DNA of 62,089 nt, the filler included, from Dugesia japonica (lineage: Eukaryota): assembly GCA_001938525.1 (NCBI GenBank). It is 6 parts of 6 records of this genome, joined end to end, with 100 filler letters (N's around TTAATTAATTAA, not from the genome) between each part and the next. Parts side by side here need not be neighbours in the genome. Positions count along the whole stretch, not along the records: positions 25,129 to 33,277 come from MQRL01182111.1; positions 33,378 to 42,618 come from MQRL01610448.1; 4 more parts are not named here. One strand, given 5' to 3'. Positions 25,129 to 37,575 of this stretch are shown here, piece after piece (positions within the stretch are counted from its first letter, which is position 1; every line of letters starts with the position of its first letter). Under the pieces are notes generated by a model. The model worked only from the letters and a program-made list of their open reading frames with translations, did not search any database and had not been told where the DNA came from. The position numbers and the translations under genes are program-made.

Positions 25129-26670
25129 GGATAAATTTTAAGGTAAAAAATTTTATTTTGTGTTAAGTTACGCTAAAGTCAGGGGTTCATTTATAGGGTT
25201 CTCCTTACACCCCAACTTTTCTCCGATTTGTGGTTTATTTTTAGATTGATGATTTCTGATTTTTTATTGGCGTTGGTGCAATTTTTCTGGAATTTTGTGG
25301 ATTTCTCTGTGATTCTGTTGGTGGTTATTTTTGTATTATCATGTGAGTTTTTATTCTTTGTTATATGTTTATTTCTAGCTCTCTTATTGGCCGGATCTTG
25401 GAAACCCTGTTGAGTAGTATATTTTTCTTTACAGGTTATTTTCCGTTACAAACTTCCCAAATACAATTGCTTCCTTCTTTGAATTTCATTATACGTGAGT
25501 TTATGGGTTTTACTGTTTCTTTTTGTGGATTTCGGATTTTTTGGTCATATTATTTGTCTTCGTGGGTGTTTCACCCCAACATTTATAAAAGGACAGTTAC
25601 ACAATATTACTATTGATAGGTAGTTTTTAAAAGCAGATTTAATTTTTTGTATTAAAGATATCCATAAAATGGCAGAAAATAATTTACCATTTAGAAATAT
25701 ACCAATTAATGATCAAATAGGCGGTGGATTAGGATACCGCGGTATATTGAATATATTACAATTTTATGCAGGAAAACCTAGAAAAGTTGAAGAATATTTT
25801 GAGCACATGCACGTTTGTGCCACAGCTTGTGGATGAACAGAAGTAGAATTAATAAAACTATTACCACTTTTCTTAAAGGAATATGCATTAAAGTGTTATA
25901 AGAACATGAATAGTAAACCTGGAAAATGGTAAAAAAAAATTGAGGAAAAAGATAATAGTCCCAAGCGAGCTAGAAAGAATTTGCATACAAAAATTCCGGG
26001 GTCNAAACACAATCATCAAAGAAAACTGTGGATGAATACATGTATGAATTAACGAAATTGGCAGAACAAGCTTTTGGTAATAGTGATAACATCAGTCACT
26101 TAATAGAATATCAATTCTTAAATGGAACACATAATTACATTTGAGAAGCGTTAATTGCAGCAGAATATAAAGATTTAGAAGAAGTAACAACAAAAGCAAG
26201 GAAAATTGAAGCAAATAACAAACATAAAGAGAAAACCAGGCAAATATATGCAACTGAACCAAGTAATGAGGACTCATCATGGAAAGCATTTCAAAATCGT
26301 CAAGATAGTAGAAAGGATCTAGATCTAAAATTTAGGTTAAATTTCTACCTAACAAGTTATAATAGAAATGCGAGTCCATCAAGGAATTATAACCATTATA
26401 ACAGAAACCTGAGCCCTGGGAGAAATTTCAATAATTATAAAAGAAATAAAAGAGAATATTATCCTAGAAGATATAATCAATATTTCAGCCCTGAAAGAGA
26501 TTACAGCTACAAAAGGAGCCCAGATAGAAATTATAATAATATAGAATACAGGGAAGGAGAAACAAAATCATTTTTTCTAAAAGAAATATGGAATAAATAA
26601 ATTTCCGCAATGAAGTCTGAATTGCATTCTAATAACAACGAAAAGGTTTCTTTGCTTAATAGTGCATGAA
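25129..26670 (+). mobile_element. LTR retrotransposon remnant: LTR-like segment ending ...CCCCAACA (25581) plus degenerate gag from 25669
   Basis: VEEYFEHM..CATACG*TE...LPLFLKEYALKCY and Q...TVDEYMYELTKLAEQAF fit a retrotransposon gag capsid; the 18-bp terminus is shared in reverse with 60222-60239. Confidence 0.65.
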
Positions 26671-26689
26671 ACTAAATTACCAACTATAA

Positions 26690-27633
26690 AGTTTAAAGAT
26701 TCTTATCAATTTATAAACTCATCACTTGATTCAGCGATAAAATCCTTATAAGAGACACCTTTGACGTTAAAAGAGTTTAAAGATAAAAAAATTACATCGT
26801 CAAAGCGGATATTTCCATATAAGTAAGAACGTTTTGGTTAAAACTACTTAAATGCTGGTGAGATGAGATGAAATTAATGAGTAAAATTATGAAAAAAGAA
26901 TTAGAAATTTGGAGAATAACGGATTGCAAAATCCTTTTGGACTATATGATGGTTTATTAGAAGTTACACTTGTATTTATTGGCTGATTTCTTCCAATATT
27001 TCAGATTGAAGTTGTTATCGCAGAACGAATTGGAGCCATTGAATTTCTTTAGCATACCTGGTATGAGTTGGTCATCTGCCTTGATGTCATTGAATGAACC
27101 GATGAAACTGTATATGTACAACGATATGTCCACCTTTTTGAAGGTGGAATAAAGGTTGGATTGACATGTCATCACGCCATCACTAATGAAAACACAGATT
27201 TGTTATATATCGATATCAAGAATCTGTATAGATAAGCTCTTTGTCAAAAACTACCATTTAAAGACTTTGAGAAAGTACATACTGGTTTAGAATTAGTATT
27301 AGAAGAAATCAAGTCAACAGATCTTGATGTATTGTTCTACGGATATACTATGTAAGTAGACATGATAATCCCATTAGAAATACATGATTATCTTTATGAT
27401 TTACCTGTAGCAGCAGAACACTGCACTAGGTAGCAAAGTAAAAAACTAATGTTAACGCATTACGCAAAAACTAATTATGTAGTGCACTGGAAGCTGCTAA
27501 AAATATCTTTAAAGTTAGGAGTGAAGGTCCATAGAGCAGTAAGGTTTATTCAAGTTCGTAATTTTGCAAATTACATTGATACAAACACTGCATTAAGAGT
27601 AGAATGTAATACAGAACTTAAGAAAAACTATTA
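26690..27633 (+). pseudogene. Polinton protein-primed DNA polymerase B fragment
   Basis: KDSYQFINSSLD, IFPY, YLLADFFQYFR, EPLNFFSIPGMSWSSAL, YIDIKNLY, NYVVHWKLLK, YIDTNTALR. Confidence 0.88.
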
Positions 27634-28179
27634 TGTATCATCTAGAGTACATCGACCTCGAGAAGTATAGCACACTTCGGAAAAATTTGTTTTGTGTACC
27701 TATACTACTTACAAACCAAAACTCTTTATTCAACTAAAACTAAATCAAAAATTTACCAAAGCATCTTGAGACCTATATTATAACATGTGTCAACACCCTT
27801 TCTTTCCATCAACATTAAATTCACTCAAATCGGACAATTAACCACAACACCAGAACGATTTGAAGTCGAGTGTGAGATAACTCATTGCACTTCAGTCATA
27901 CATTCTATACTTTCTATACATTCTATACATCTACACTTTTCACACATAAACATACACCATACCACTTCACATCAATAGCATAATCCCAAAAAGAAATGTT
28001 TAAAAAATAAAAAAATAAAAAAATTTTTAAAAAATTCAAAACAAAATCTACTCACGATGTTTATTTATTCTACTCTTGATAACCTCCCGTTTGCAATGAA
28101 TGTGTCTAAGATCTGAAGTGCTGTTGGATATTGGTAGTTTTGATTCGTATGTGAGCTGGTTTCTTTCTATTTTAGGAAA

Positions 28180-28680
28180 TTTCACTCGATATGTCCATTC
28201 GATTTAAAATTTAAACATTTCTTTAACGCCGAGCAATTATTTTCGCCATGTTCAATTCTGAAACAATATTTGCAGTAATAGCTCTTTCTATTCATTGGAT
28301 CTCTTCCTCGGATTCTCTGAGTAACTCTACTCTTGTACTATTTCTTCGGTGCTTTGCATGATCGACTGTAACTTTGGTTTTATGTTTCTATCGAACTCTT
28401 CAATGATGTTGTTAATTTCTTTCTCAGTGTTAGTTTTTTGTCTTAACATACAAGAGTCATAATACTGCTTGTTATTGGCCTTCTTTTTATCAAATACATA
28501 TAAATTCTGCTAGGATTCTTCCAGAGTCCATACGTAACAACTGGTTGTAGATAGTCCGATTCTATTTTTTTGTGTCCAAAATATATTGGTCCTACTTCAT
28601 AATTCTCTATTTTCTTAATTTTTTCGATAATCTCACACCATAGATCTTCTTCATGAATTAGTAAGTGACTCTTTATAAAA
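28180..28680 (-). mobile_element. Gag-like remnant with CCHC zinc knuckles
   Basis: YCKYCFRIEHGENNC followed by a degenerate second knuckle, CLNFKSNGHIE. Confidence 0.5.
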
Positions 28681-28962
28681 TTAGATCAATGCCAATAATT
28701 TCAAATGCAATAATTTCAATGCAATAATTTCAAATAAATTATCGGACTCTACTGACCGACTGCTCTGTTTCTATAAATTTTATCTTATTTCATTAAACTG
28801 TCGTACCACATTTCTCTTTGCGTGCCTCGCGCTGAAATTTCACAGTTTGTACCATGCAAATCTGTATATCTCTATGACTTTCCTTTTTTCCATGAGTTCT
28901 CCTTCGTCTAATGTGATTATTATATAAGCTATCTAATGTTATATGTTGATATTTAAATAGAA

Positions 28963-29258
28963 ATGAATTTACAACGAAGTCTTCCGTTTTTGACACCATT
29001 GATAAAATCTCCAACTTAGATGAGAATGACAATGTTACAGATGATTTATTCGAGATTATTGTAAATAATGTTTATGGTAATGTCAGTGTGAGTAAAAATA
29101 GAAAATAAGCATTAAAAAACAAAAAGCCATTATTATCACTTGTAAATATCAAGAATAAAAAACTAATGAAAAATATTTTGTATAACCATGATTGTGGCTT
29201 TATAGCAGCATTACTATCAACAGCATTAGCTGTATTAAGTCCAGCAAATCTTTCATAA
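28963..29258 (+). pseudogene. Small basic Polinton core-type protein
   Basis: LPFLTPL...EIIVNNVYGNVSVS..RK..LK...DCGFIAALLSTALAVL resembles the E...N.L.GN.P....K..L...GGFL..LL family of Polinton ORFs. Confidence 0.55.
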
Positions 29259-31291
29259 ATGTGTAAAAGTAAGAAGAATACTTTGATAAAAAATAAACAA
29301 AAGAACAATATGTAATTGAAAGGTTTGATTCAATTAATCAATCAAATTCAAGAAGATTTTTGATTGGATGTTATTAAATTAAATTAGTATTAATTCATAA
29401 AATGAAGAATGATTAAAAAAAGACGAATATAATACGGAATATGAATATGTGACTGAAAAAAATTATGAAACAAGAATATATGGAAACTGAATAAGTTGTG
29501 GCTCTGAAGACAAATCAAATAAAAAAGTGGAAAAAGAAATATGGTCAAATAATACTAAAGAAACAGAAAAAGAAAAAAAGTGGAGCAAGCATGTTTTGAT
29601 GATGGATATGAAGAAAATACAGATGCAGAAAGGAATAATCGTTAGAAGTTCAAAACGAGATAAAAGAGTAATATTTTATGAATTTATATTTACAAACTAA
29701 TTATTGTTTCGAACATCATTGTAGAAATTTTGGAAGAAAAATTCAAAAACTTTCCAAATGATTCGGCATACTGAGCTCCATAAATATATGGGAATCGCAT
29801 CAAACTTTTCACAGATATTGGCCTTAATGATGACATACGCAAATATAATATAATATCATGAAATCACACAAGTATAGAGAATTTTCAATAAAACATAAAA
29901 AAAGTTTGTTGAGAACTATACAAAGTTCATGCAAACATCTATATATATATATATTAATACGCTTGCTAAAGCATAGTAATTTTGTACAACATAAGTTTTA
30001 TTCTCATAAGTATGCATTGATCCTATCAAAAACAAGAAATTTATACTCAATTAATTCATAGGAATCGACATAAAATTAGTCATTCAAACCGATTTAATAA
30101 ATTCAGTAATATATACAAAAGAAATGTAAATCAACGTACAAAAAAGTAACATTTATCATACAAACTTTTAAGTTAACATAAAAATAAATACTCAACATAT
30201 AAAATATTAAATTAATGACTTGAAATTACAAACCATTTCACTAAAATTCTTAACCGATACAATAAATTTCTCAGCAGGCATATAAAAATATATCTCATCA
30301 TATGAAAGTTTTAACATATTGCATTAATACTGTAATACATATCACTAGGATTCATAACCAATACTCTAAAAATAAAATCCGTCACACTAAAATCTCAACT
30401 GTTACACAAAAACTGAAACATATAAATCTAAATTGAATCAATCTCAAGTAAACTGTAAACACTGAAAAGTAAAAGCAATAAATTTCACTGTAACCATTAA
30501 ACATTTGACACTTAAAGATATAACAAAACTAAATTTCTAACTCTTGAAATTAAAGATCTGCTCACTGAAACCAAAACTTTGACTAATACGAATATAAGTA
30601 ATCTATATAGATACTATTTAATGTTGAGACTATGTTTCAGATATTAATCATTCAGTTATGTACATTTTTGCAATGAAATAAGATTGTATAATAGAACTGT
30701 TTCATTTACATCAATGAGTGAGAAAATATTTGATTTGCCAAGATATGGTCCTTAGGTTTTCAAAGTTTATGGTCAAACATACTATCGAACATCCATCTTG
30801 CAGCCTCTTGAAAATCAGAAGCTTCAATTAGCGCAATTATATGTGATTGATAGTACTCAAACCATAGAAATAGATGCGTTACAGAGTATTCAAACATGTT
30901 AGTCACTCTGACTACACTAAAGTCTTAAACATTACATTATACTTTTTTTAAAAGAACATATCGTTAGGTGTGCGAAATGGATAACTTATTACGATTCTCT
31001 ATGAATCTGCTCTGAAAATATGAATAATATTTATTCATTAGTAAATTTTTTCATCCAACTTAAAACATACTTGAAATTTTTTTTATGGGGCTTCATAATA
31101 AAATAAAATTATTTACTTTAATCTGTTTAAAAGTAAAAGAATTCGATAATTTCTTAATAAATAATTTCTATTTTATTTTTTATTAATTAATTATAATGAT
31201 GTTCAGGTATTCATAATTTCAATTTTTAATTATTTTCATTTAAAATAAAAGCTTCGAGCAAAAGTTTTTTTTTATTGTTTTGTTGAGATTG

Positions 31292-31324
31292 ATTCGATAT
31301 TTCGACTTTGTCTTCGTCAGGAAC
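31292..31324 (-). ncRNA. Minimal type I hammerhead ribozyme (Penelope-like element type)
   Basis: Minus strand GUUC-CUGACGA-A-GAC AAA GUC-GAAA-UAUC-GAAU: intact core, 3-bp stem II, palindromic AUAU stem III, AUC site. Confidence 0.7.
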
Positions 31325-31329
31325 AGTCA

Positions 31330-31362
31330 ATTCCTGACGAAGACAGAGTCGAAATATCGAAT
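31330..31362 (+). ncRNA. Minimal type I hammerhead ribozyme (Penelope-like element type)
   Basis: AUUC-CUGACGA-A-GAC AGA GUC-GAAA-UAUC-GAAU: stem I AUUC/GAAU, palindromic stem III, AUC site. Confidence 0.72.
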
Positions 31363-31986
31363 CAATCTCAAAAAGACAATAGCGTTTATTTTAAATGAAT
31401 TCTAAAAAATTCTCGAAGAAATTGATCATTTCTTTTGTGTGCACCACAGATTTGCACAAAGTTATCAATTAATGAAAGATGTAGAAGTACAAGAATTTGC
31501 ACGCTCTGTTGAAGCCGGTGAGTTGATTCCGATTGTCAGTATTGCATTCAGACGCGAAAGTCATTCTGATCAACGCAGATACAATGCTTCTACTTCCAAA
31601 GAAGTATCAATGATTTTCGTCAATGAAGATGCCATTCGACATTCATCTGAGATCCAAGTAAACAATTTATAAGTTGAAAATAAATTTCTAATAAAACGTC
31701 ATTTTTATTATATTCTACTTCTAGAAATTCTTTTTCAGACACGGGGTCTAAATCATTTGCAATTAGAATAAATGCATTATAAACAAAAAATTATTTTTTA
31801 ATTATCTAGTATTTTAACTGTTATATTCTGTATTAATCAAAAAAAAAATTTTGAAATTTTTTGAGTTGATTTAAAAAATTAAAAATCATTAAAATTAAAA
31901 GTTAAAAAAAATAAACCAAAAAAATTTCGATAAAATTTAAAGAATTTAGTAACAAAGATCTATTGTATTGAATATCTCAAGAAGCC

Positions 31987-32030
31987 AACATGTTCCTGAA
32001 GAAGACTATTGTCGAAAATTTGAACTTGTT
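31987..32030 (+). ncRNA. Minimal type I hammerhead ribozyme variant
   Basis: AACAUGUUC-CUGAAGA-A-GAC UAUU GUC-GAAA-AUUU-GAACUUGUU: 9-bp stem I with one mismatch, palindromic AAUU stem III. Confidence 0.72.
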
Positions 32031-32553
32031 TATAAATAAATTTTATTTTGATCGAAGCTTATTCTTATTTTAATGAAATCTCAAATGCGATCAATGGTTA
32101 AGTCCAACAATTATTCTCACAATAATTGTAATTATATATTCAGTTAATTCAACTTTGACATTTCAAAACAGTTTAATATAGTAGATTGTGTAAATATTTC
32201 CCAAAATAATTTGGTTTATAATAAAGGGTCCTTAACAGTTAATTGTGAGTATGCATAAAATACACTTTTACCAGATTCAACTTGCTCGATGATTTTACAC
32301 AAAGAAAGTTTTTAAACAAATCGATTTTTTATTTCTCTTGGAAAACTTTTGCAAATTATGTATAAAATTACGTAAAACATTGAGTTTTGATTTGAATTAT
32401 GTTAATTTATGTGCCATAAAAAATTAGAAAACTATTACAACAAATAAAATAAAAATAAGTTCATGTTTATAAAAATAAATAATTCTTATTGTTAATCATT
32501 TTAAATAAATCACAAAAGATACATGTAAACGTTTGAAAGCTGTATGAACATTG

Positions 32554-33252
32554 TTAAAATAACAATGATTTAATATCTTCTGAATAAAAATCGTTTTCTG
32601 GACCATCTTCAATATCGAATCCTAATTTATTATTGACCAATTGTATCTTGATGTCCTTGTATTCAGCAATATTTTTGAATCTCCATTTTTTGACTAATTC
32701 ATAAAGGTTTTCTGAATAATTTGGCATTTTATAAGTCATAACGCTTTTTGCAACATTTGTACACCACCTAAAATATGGCCATTCTTTACTATTAAAATAA
32801 TGTCTATGTCTCATTTCAATATTATTATTTATAAAATCTTCTTCGTCTTTATCAATACTTTTCATTAAATTATCAAATGATAAATCCAAATCATTAAAAC
32901 AATTTTGAACTATTGACCGGGCCACTTTAGATTGCATATAACTATGATTAAAAGGAGTGATTTCATAACCTAGTCCAATCATAAAAAAACTATTGGGAAA
33001 ATAGGGATTAATTAAATGTTTATAAAGAGGTCGAACATAAGTATTGTCATATTTTAATCCAATTTTATCACTAAGAAAACTGAGATCGATTTCATAACCG
33101 GTACAAAATATTATCACATCAACATCATATTTGGATCCATCTGTTAAACAAATTGAACCTTGAAGATCTATATGTGATATTCTGACAGTTTCAATGAAAT
33201 TATTTTTTTCAGTTTTCCACATTAGTTTTGGTCCACTATGTGATAAATACAC
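32554..33252 (-). CDS. Flavin-containing monooxygenase (FMO-like), terminal exon
   Basis: VYLSH...DGSKYDVDVIIFCTGYEIDLSFL...PLYKHLI (FATGY-type motif); tttAG acceptor at 33254-33253; upstream exons are cut by the contig end. Confidence 0.88.
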   Translation of the reverse strand: MYLSHSGPKLMWKTEKNNFIETVRISHIDLQGSICLTDGSKYDVDVIIFCTGYEIDLSFLSDKIGLKYDNTYVRPLYKHLINPYFPNSFFMIGLGYEITPFNHSYMQSKVARSIVQNCFNDLDLSFDNLMKSIDKDEEDFINNNIEMRHRHYFNSKEWPYFRWCTNVAKSVMTYKMPNYSENLYELVKKWRFKNIAEYKDIKIQLVNNKLGFDIEDGPENDFYSEDIKSLLF

Positions 33253-33277
33253 CTAAAATTATTATCAATTATAAATT

Positions 33278-33377
33278 NNNNNNNNNNNNNNNNNNNNNNN
33301 NNNNNNNNNNNNNNNNNNNNNTTAATTAATTAANNNNNNNNNNNNNNNNNNNNNNNNNNNNNNNNNNNNNNNNNNNN
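33278..33377. other. Artificial contig-joining spacer
   Basis: 44N-TTAATTAATTAA-44N. Confidence 0.95.
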
Positions 33378-35974
33378 AAAGAAATTTTGATCGAAGCTTT
33401 TAATTTAATGAAATATGAAATACGATCAATGATTAAGTTCAACAAATTATTCTCGCAATAATTGTAATTGTAAAATTATTTTGTTTCATAATTACTTATT
33501 GGTAAATAATTATTCTCACGAAACTTTCCCATAATTTGAAATAAATTATTTCTTTTAATTGTTTAAATTTCCTTTATGTTAATTACGTGATATTTTCATA
33601 ATTTAAAATCTTTTATAAATAAAAAAATATCTTTCAAAACTTATCTGTGTTTAATTACAAAGTAATAATGATGAATTATTTACAAAATCAAAATGAAAAC
33701 ATAACAATTACGTCTCCAAATAAAAAGTTGGAATTTTCAAATAATAATTACTTCACTTATTCAATTTCAAATTCAGCTTAAAATCATATTTGTCCAAGAG
33801 TAAAATTTTAAAAATTAATTACTAAACTTTGTTCTATATACAAAATGTTTTGCTAACGGGTAATTTGACTGACAATACTGATTAATTCAAAATTAATATT
33901 TCATAGACAAAATTGAAATTTTCTGAATTCAAATGAATTTAATTTTATTTGTAAATGATTCATATATATTTCAAAAAATTTCATTACCTTATTAAAGAGT
34001 AGTTTTTTTTCCGAAAATATAAGCAATTTAATTAAATGATACTGGTTTACTTCAAGTTAAAATTATTTTTGAATTAATTGCGAATAGTTGTTCATTAATT
34101 AATTTTTCGTTATTCATTAAATTAATTAAGTTTTATATTTATTGCAAAATCTGAAATATAGTTTGAAAATCGCACTTAGTTTATAATGAAACTATTATTT
34201 CAAAATAAAGTTGAATAGTTGTATAAAAAAGGTTTTCTGGTTTCTATTTAAAACTCTCATTATTTTAAAATATTTTTGAAATTTTTAGTAATAAAGAAAA
34301 AAAAATTAAAAATCAATATTTTCATCAAAATGGGATTTAAGAACCAACGACAATAATAAAACTAGAATGTGGATGAATTAAACTTTTAATTAACAACAAT
34401 TTTTACAAAAAATGCATAATTTTAATTTTTTATGTTTATTTTGCATAAGATTATAATAAAAACAATCACTAAATTGAAAAGGAAAAAATAAAATAAATTC
34501 TTTTAATTATTTCATTATTTGTTTTCACTTTGAAATAATACTTAAATAAATAAAGCAATAAAATAATAGAAATTCCATTTTTAAAAAAAATTTAATTATA
34601 TTTAAGATTATAATGTTTAAAGCATGAAAACAAAACACTTATTTTAATTAAGTAGTTAAGTTTCCGAAAAAAAAAATAAAAGTGATAAAAGTGATATAAC
34701 TGATGATTATAAAAGTGATGTAAGTAGTATAAATTTTCGTTCCAAGAAATTAAAAGATTTGCATTAGAAAAAATTAAAAAATATTTTTGTAATGTACAAC
34801 TCAATATGCCAGCAATCCTTTAATGTTAGTAAATAAGTATTCATTATGATTGTACAATTTATTCTGAGATTCATAAGTAAATTTAGTTATAAGAGTTTGA
34901 AATGATTTACACCATTTTCAAAATTTTCTGAAAATGAAATAAATGACTNNNNNNNNNNNNNNNNNNNNNNNNNNNNNNNNNNNNNNNNNNNNNNNNNNNN
35001 NNNNNNNNNNNNNNNNNNNNNTAAGAACGTAATTTATTTTTGAATATTTGAGATTTCTGGTAGTTCTTTGAAAATATCATTTTGATTTTTTAATGAAATA
35101 AAATGTCAGTAAAAAATTGGTGGGATGTAGAGTGGCAAATCCAATATATCTTTAAGTGTTTCTTTTATTATTAGTCGTGTATAATGAAATTAAGCTAATA
35201 TTTTTTATATATTTTTTGGCATTCCATTTAGGTGAAAGATCAAAAGACCTGAAAATTAGAATTATCATTCAAAGAAATTTTATAGAACATCTTGTATAGA
35301 GAATTGCTCATAACATTATATTTAAATCTGGACCTAAATATTTAAAAACTAGAGATTGATGAGCTTGGTATAGTGGTTCTCATATTCTGGAAAACTCACA
35401 TTGTGTTTTCTTCCAACTTTTAATTTATCTTCATCTGTTTTTCGAGATGGCCTGGGTATTTTCCAACGACAATCTGCTAGAGGTATTTTAGCATTAAGAG
35501 CATGAGTCAAACATCCATGTAATACTTTAAAAGTATTTAAATATAATTTCGTACAAATGGAAGCTTTTCAGTTTAGCTTCGATAGAAAACATTTATAGCT
35601 ACATTTTCTTTTCGATTTAGTTTTTGTTTAGTTTATTGTCCATGAACTAATCCAGATAGAAACAAATTATTTTTTTCAAAGTTTTTCAAATTTTAAAAAG
35701 ATTTAAATTTAGAATTTCTGTCTTCAAATCCGAAGAAATTTGAACTTTAATTAGAGCAAAAGCAATCCTTATTTTCATAAACTTTACCTTTTATGTGAAT
35801 ACCTAGCAATCTGAGTACTAAAAGTCAGGTTATCCGACCCAATTCTCAAAGCATTGCACGTAACTCTACTGTTCAAAACTTTGAACTTGCCGATGCTTAT
35901 TTTAACTGTTACATTTATGTAGAGACAGGCATGATCTAAAACCAAACTTTGTTACGCAGTTTCATATGCTTATT

Positions 35975-36919
35975 AACACGTGTGTGAAGATGACGTTTTG
36001 ACACTCCAATCTTTGCGTCCACTAGGTGTGAATGATGAAAAAATAAAAGCTTTAATTAAGGAGGGTCGACATAGTACAACGCGTGACATTGCATGGAAGC
36101 TAAACGTATCTTATAGCACCATCGAAAGCCGTATCAAGCATATTGGATGCGTTAAGAAACTCGATTTATGGGTTCCTTACCAACTTAAAGAAATTCACTT
36201 AAAACAACGTATTGACATGTGTAGTTTGCTTAGGAAACACAACAACAAATGTTCATTTTTGAAATAAATAGTAACGAACGATGAAAAATAGGTGTCCTAC
36301 AACAATGTCCATAATAAAAGATCATGGTGTAAGTTACGGGAAGCAGCGCAGACATCAGTCAAGGTTCAAAAGTCAAGCATCAAAAGAAAGTTATGCTCTG
36401 CATATGCTGGGATTATCAGGGAATAATCTATTTCGAAATTTTGTCAGGCAGCCAAAAGATAAATTCTGAAATCTAAATTTATCAGTTGACAACATTGAAC
36501 ACGGCAATCCAAGAAAAAAGTCCAAAATTGGCGAACCACCAAGGTGTAGTCTTTCACCATTACAATGCCGAACCATAAACATCTTTGGTCACTAGGAAAA
36601 AATTTTTGAACCTTGGTTGGGACGTATTGCCACATCTAACTTACAGTTCTGATATCGCCCCTTCTGATTACCATTTGTTTCGTTCTATTCAAAACTTCTT
36701 GAGTGGTAAAACGTATACTAATGATAACGATGTCACATCCGACTTGTTGCAATTTTTTGCTGATAAACCCACGAAATTTTATGTACGAGGAAATTCTTTG
36801 CTTCCTGAAAGATAGGAACAATAGACAATTCATTATTTAATAAAAATATATTGTTTCATATTGTTTTAAGACTTTTATTTCTTCAAGAAATCGGCAATTA
36901 CTTTCTTGCCAACTCAATA
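35975..36919 (+). mobile_element. Mariner element, 5'-truncated transposase pseudogene with 3' TIR (about 36888-36917) and TA
   Basis: WVPYQL, IVTNDEK, FHHYNAEP, LPHLTYSSDIAPSDYHLF; TIR AAATCGGCAATTACTTTCTTGCCAACTCAA followed by TA. Confidence 0.92.
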
Positions 36920-36989
36920 TATATATATATATATGTATATATTTACACTCAATTTAAAATTCACACACAAATGCTATAGATTATTTTTA

Positions 36990-37254
36990 ATAGTTGGTAC
37001 ATATTGGTTTTAATATATCACTAAATTTCAGCTGAACAGATCGTAATTTGAAAAAGCTGCAGTAATTTATGTAAATTAATTTTAATGTTGTCTTCTATGT
37101 GTAGGATGGATGATATAATTAAACAAAGAATTTGTATTAAATTCTGCGTTAAAAACGAAATTAAACGTCACGATACCTTGGAAATGTTACAAAAGTGCTA
37201 TAGCAACAATGCCATATAAAAAAAAACAACCAATGAATGGTATGTACGATTTTT
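36990..37254 (+). mobile_element. Second mariner, 5' part only, cut by the Polinton B terminus
   Basis: MDDIIKQRICIKFCVKN...TLEMLQKCY...EWYVRF from 37106 is a mariner N-terminal HTH. Confidence 0.75.
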
Positions 37255-37304
37255 AGTAATAGTAATAATACGATTTACCGACAGGTGGGTATACTACTGT
37301 ACTA

Positions 37305-37500
37305 AAAATGTAAAATGTAAAATAAAAAATGAAAAATGTAAAATAAAAAGGAAAAATGTAAAATGTCAAATACGAAATGAGAAATGTGAAATGTGAAATG
37401 CAAAATGAGAAATCCAGAAAATTTGAAATGTAAAATAAAAAATGAAAAATGTAAAATAAAAAATGAAAAATGTAAAATGAGAAATGTGAAATGTGAAAGT
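37305..37500 (+). repeat. Subterminal short tandem repeats (AAATGT(A/G) units)
   Basis: Visible directly; similar in style to 61945-62089. Confidence 0.8.
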
Positions 37501-37575
37501 GACAAAAAATGGCTATCAAATGGCTATTAAGTGGCTATAAAAGGAGTTAAAGTTTTTCTTTAGAAAAAGTAAGAA

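Larger units (their letters stand above)
30655..31650 (+). mobile_element. Helitron RepHel N-terminal remnant (30655-30880 and 31405-31650), interrupted by an insertion
   Basis: EIRLYNRTVSFTSM...YGP*VFKVYGQTYYR...LAQLYVID and FAQSYQLM...DQRRYNASTSKEVSMIF. Confidence 0.85.

Noticed and set aside
35100-35530. Possible minus-strand host exons (LHGCLTHALNAKIPLADCRW...)
   Set aside because: Splice-like signals exist, but I could not join a consistent frame or recognise a product.
37253-37519. F/I/H-rich ORFs from the ORF track (also 19834-20058, 11505-11777, 22176-22405)
   Set aside because: Translations of simple repeats, AT-rich low-complexity DNA or antisense strands.
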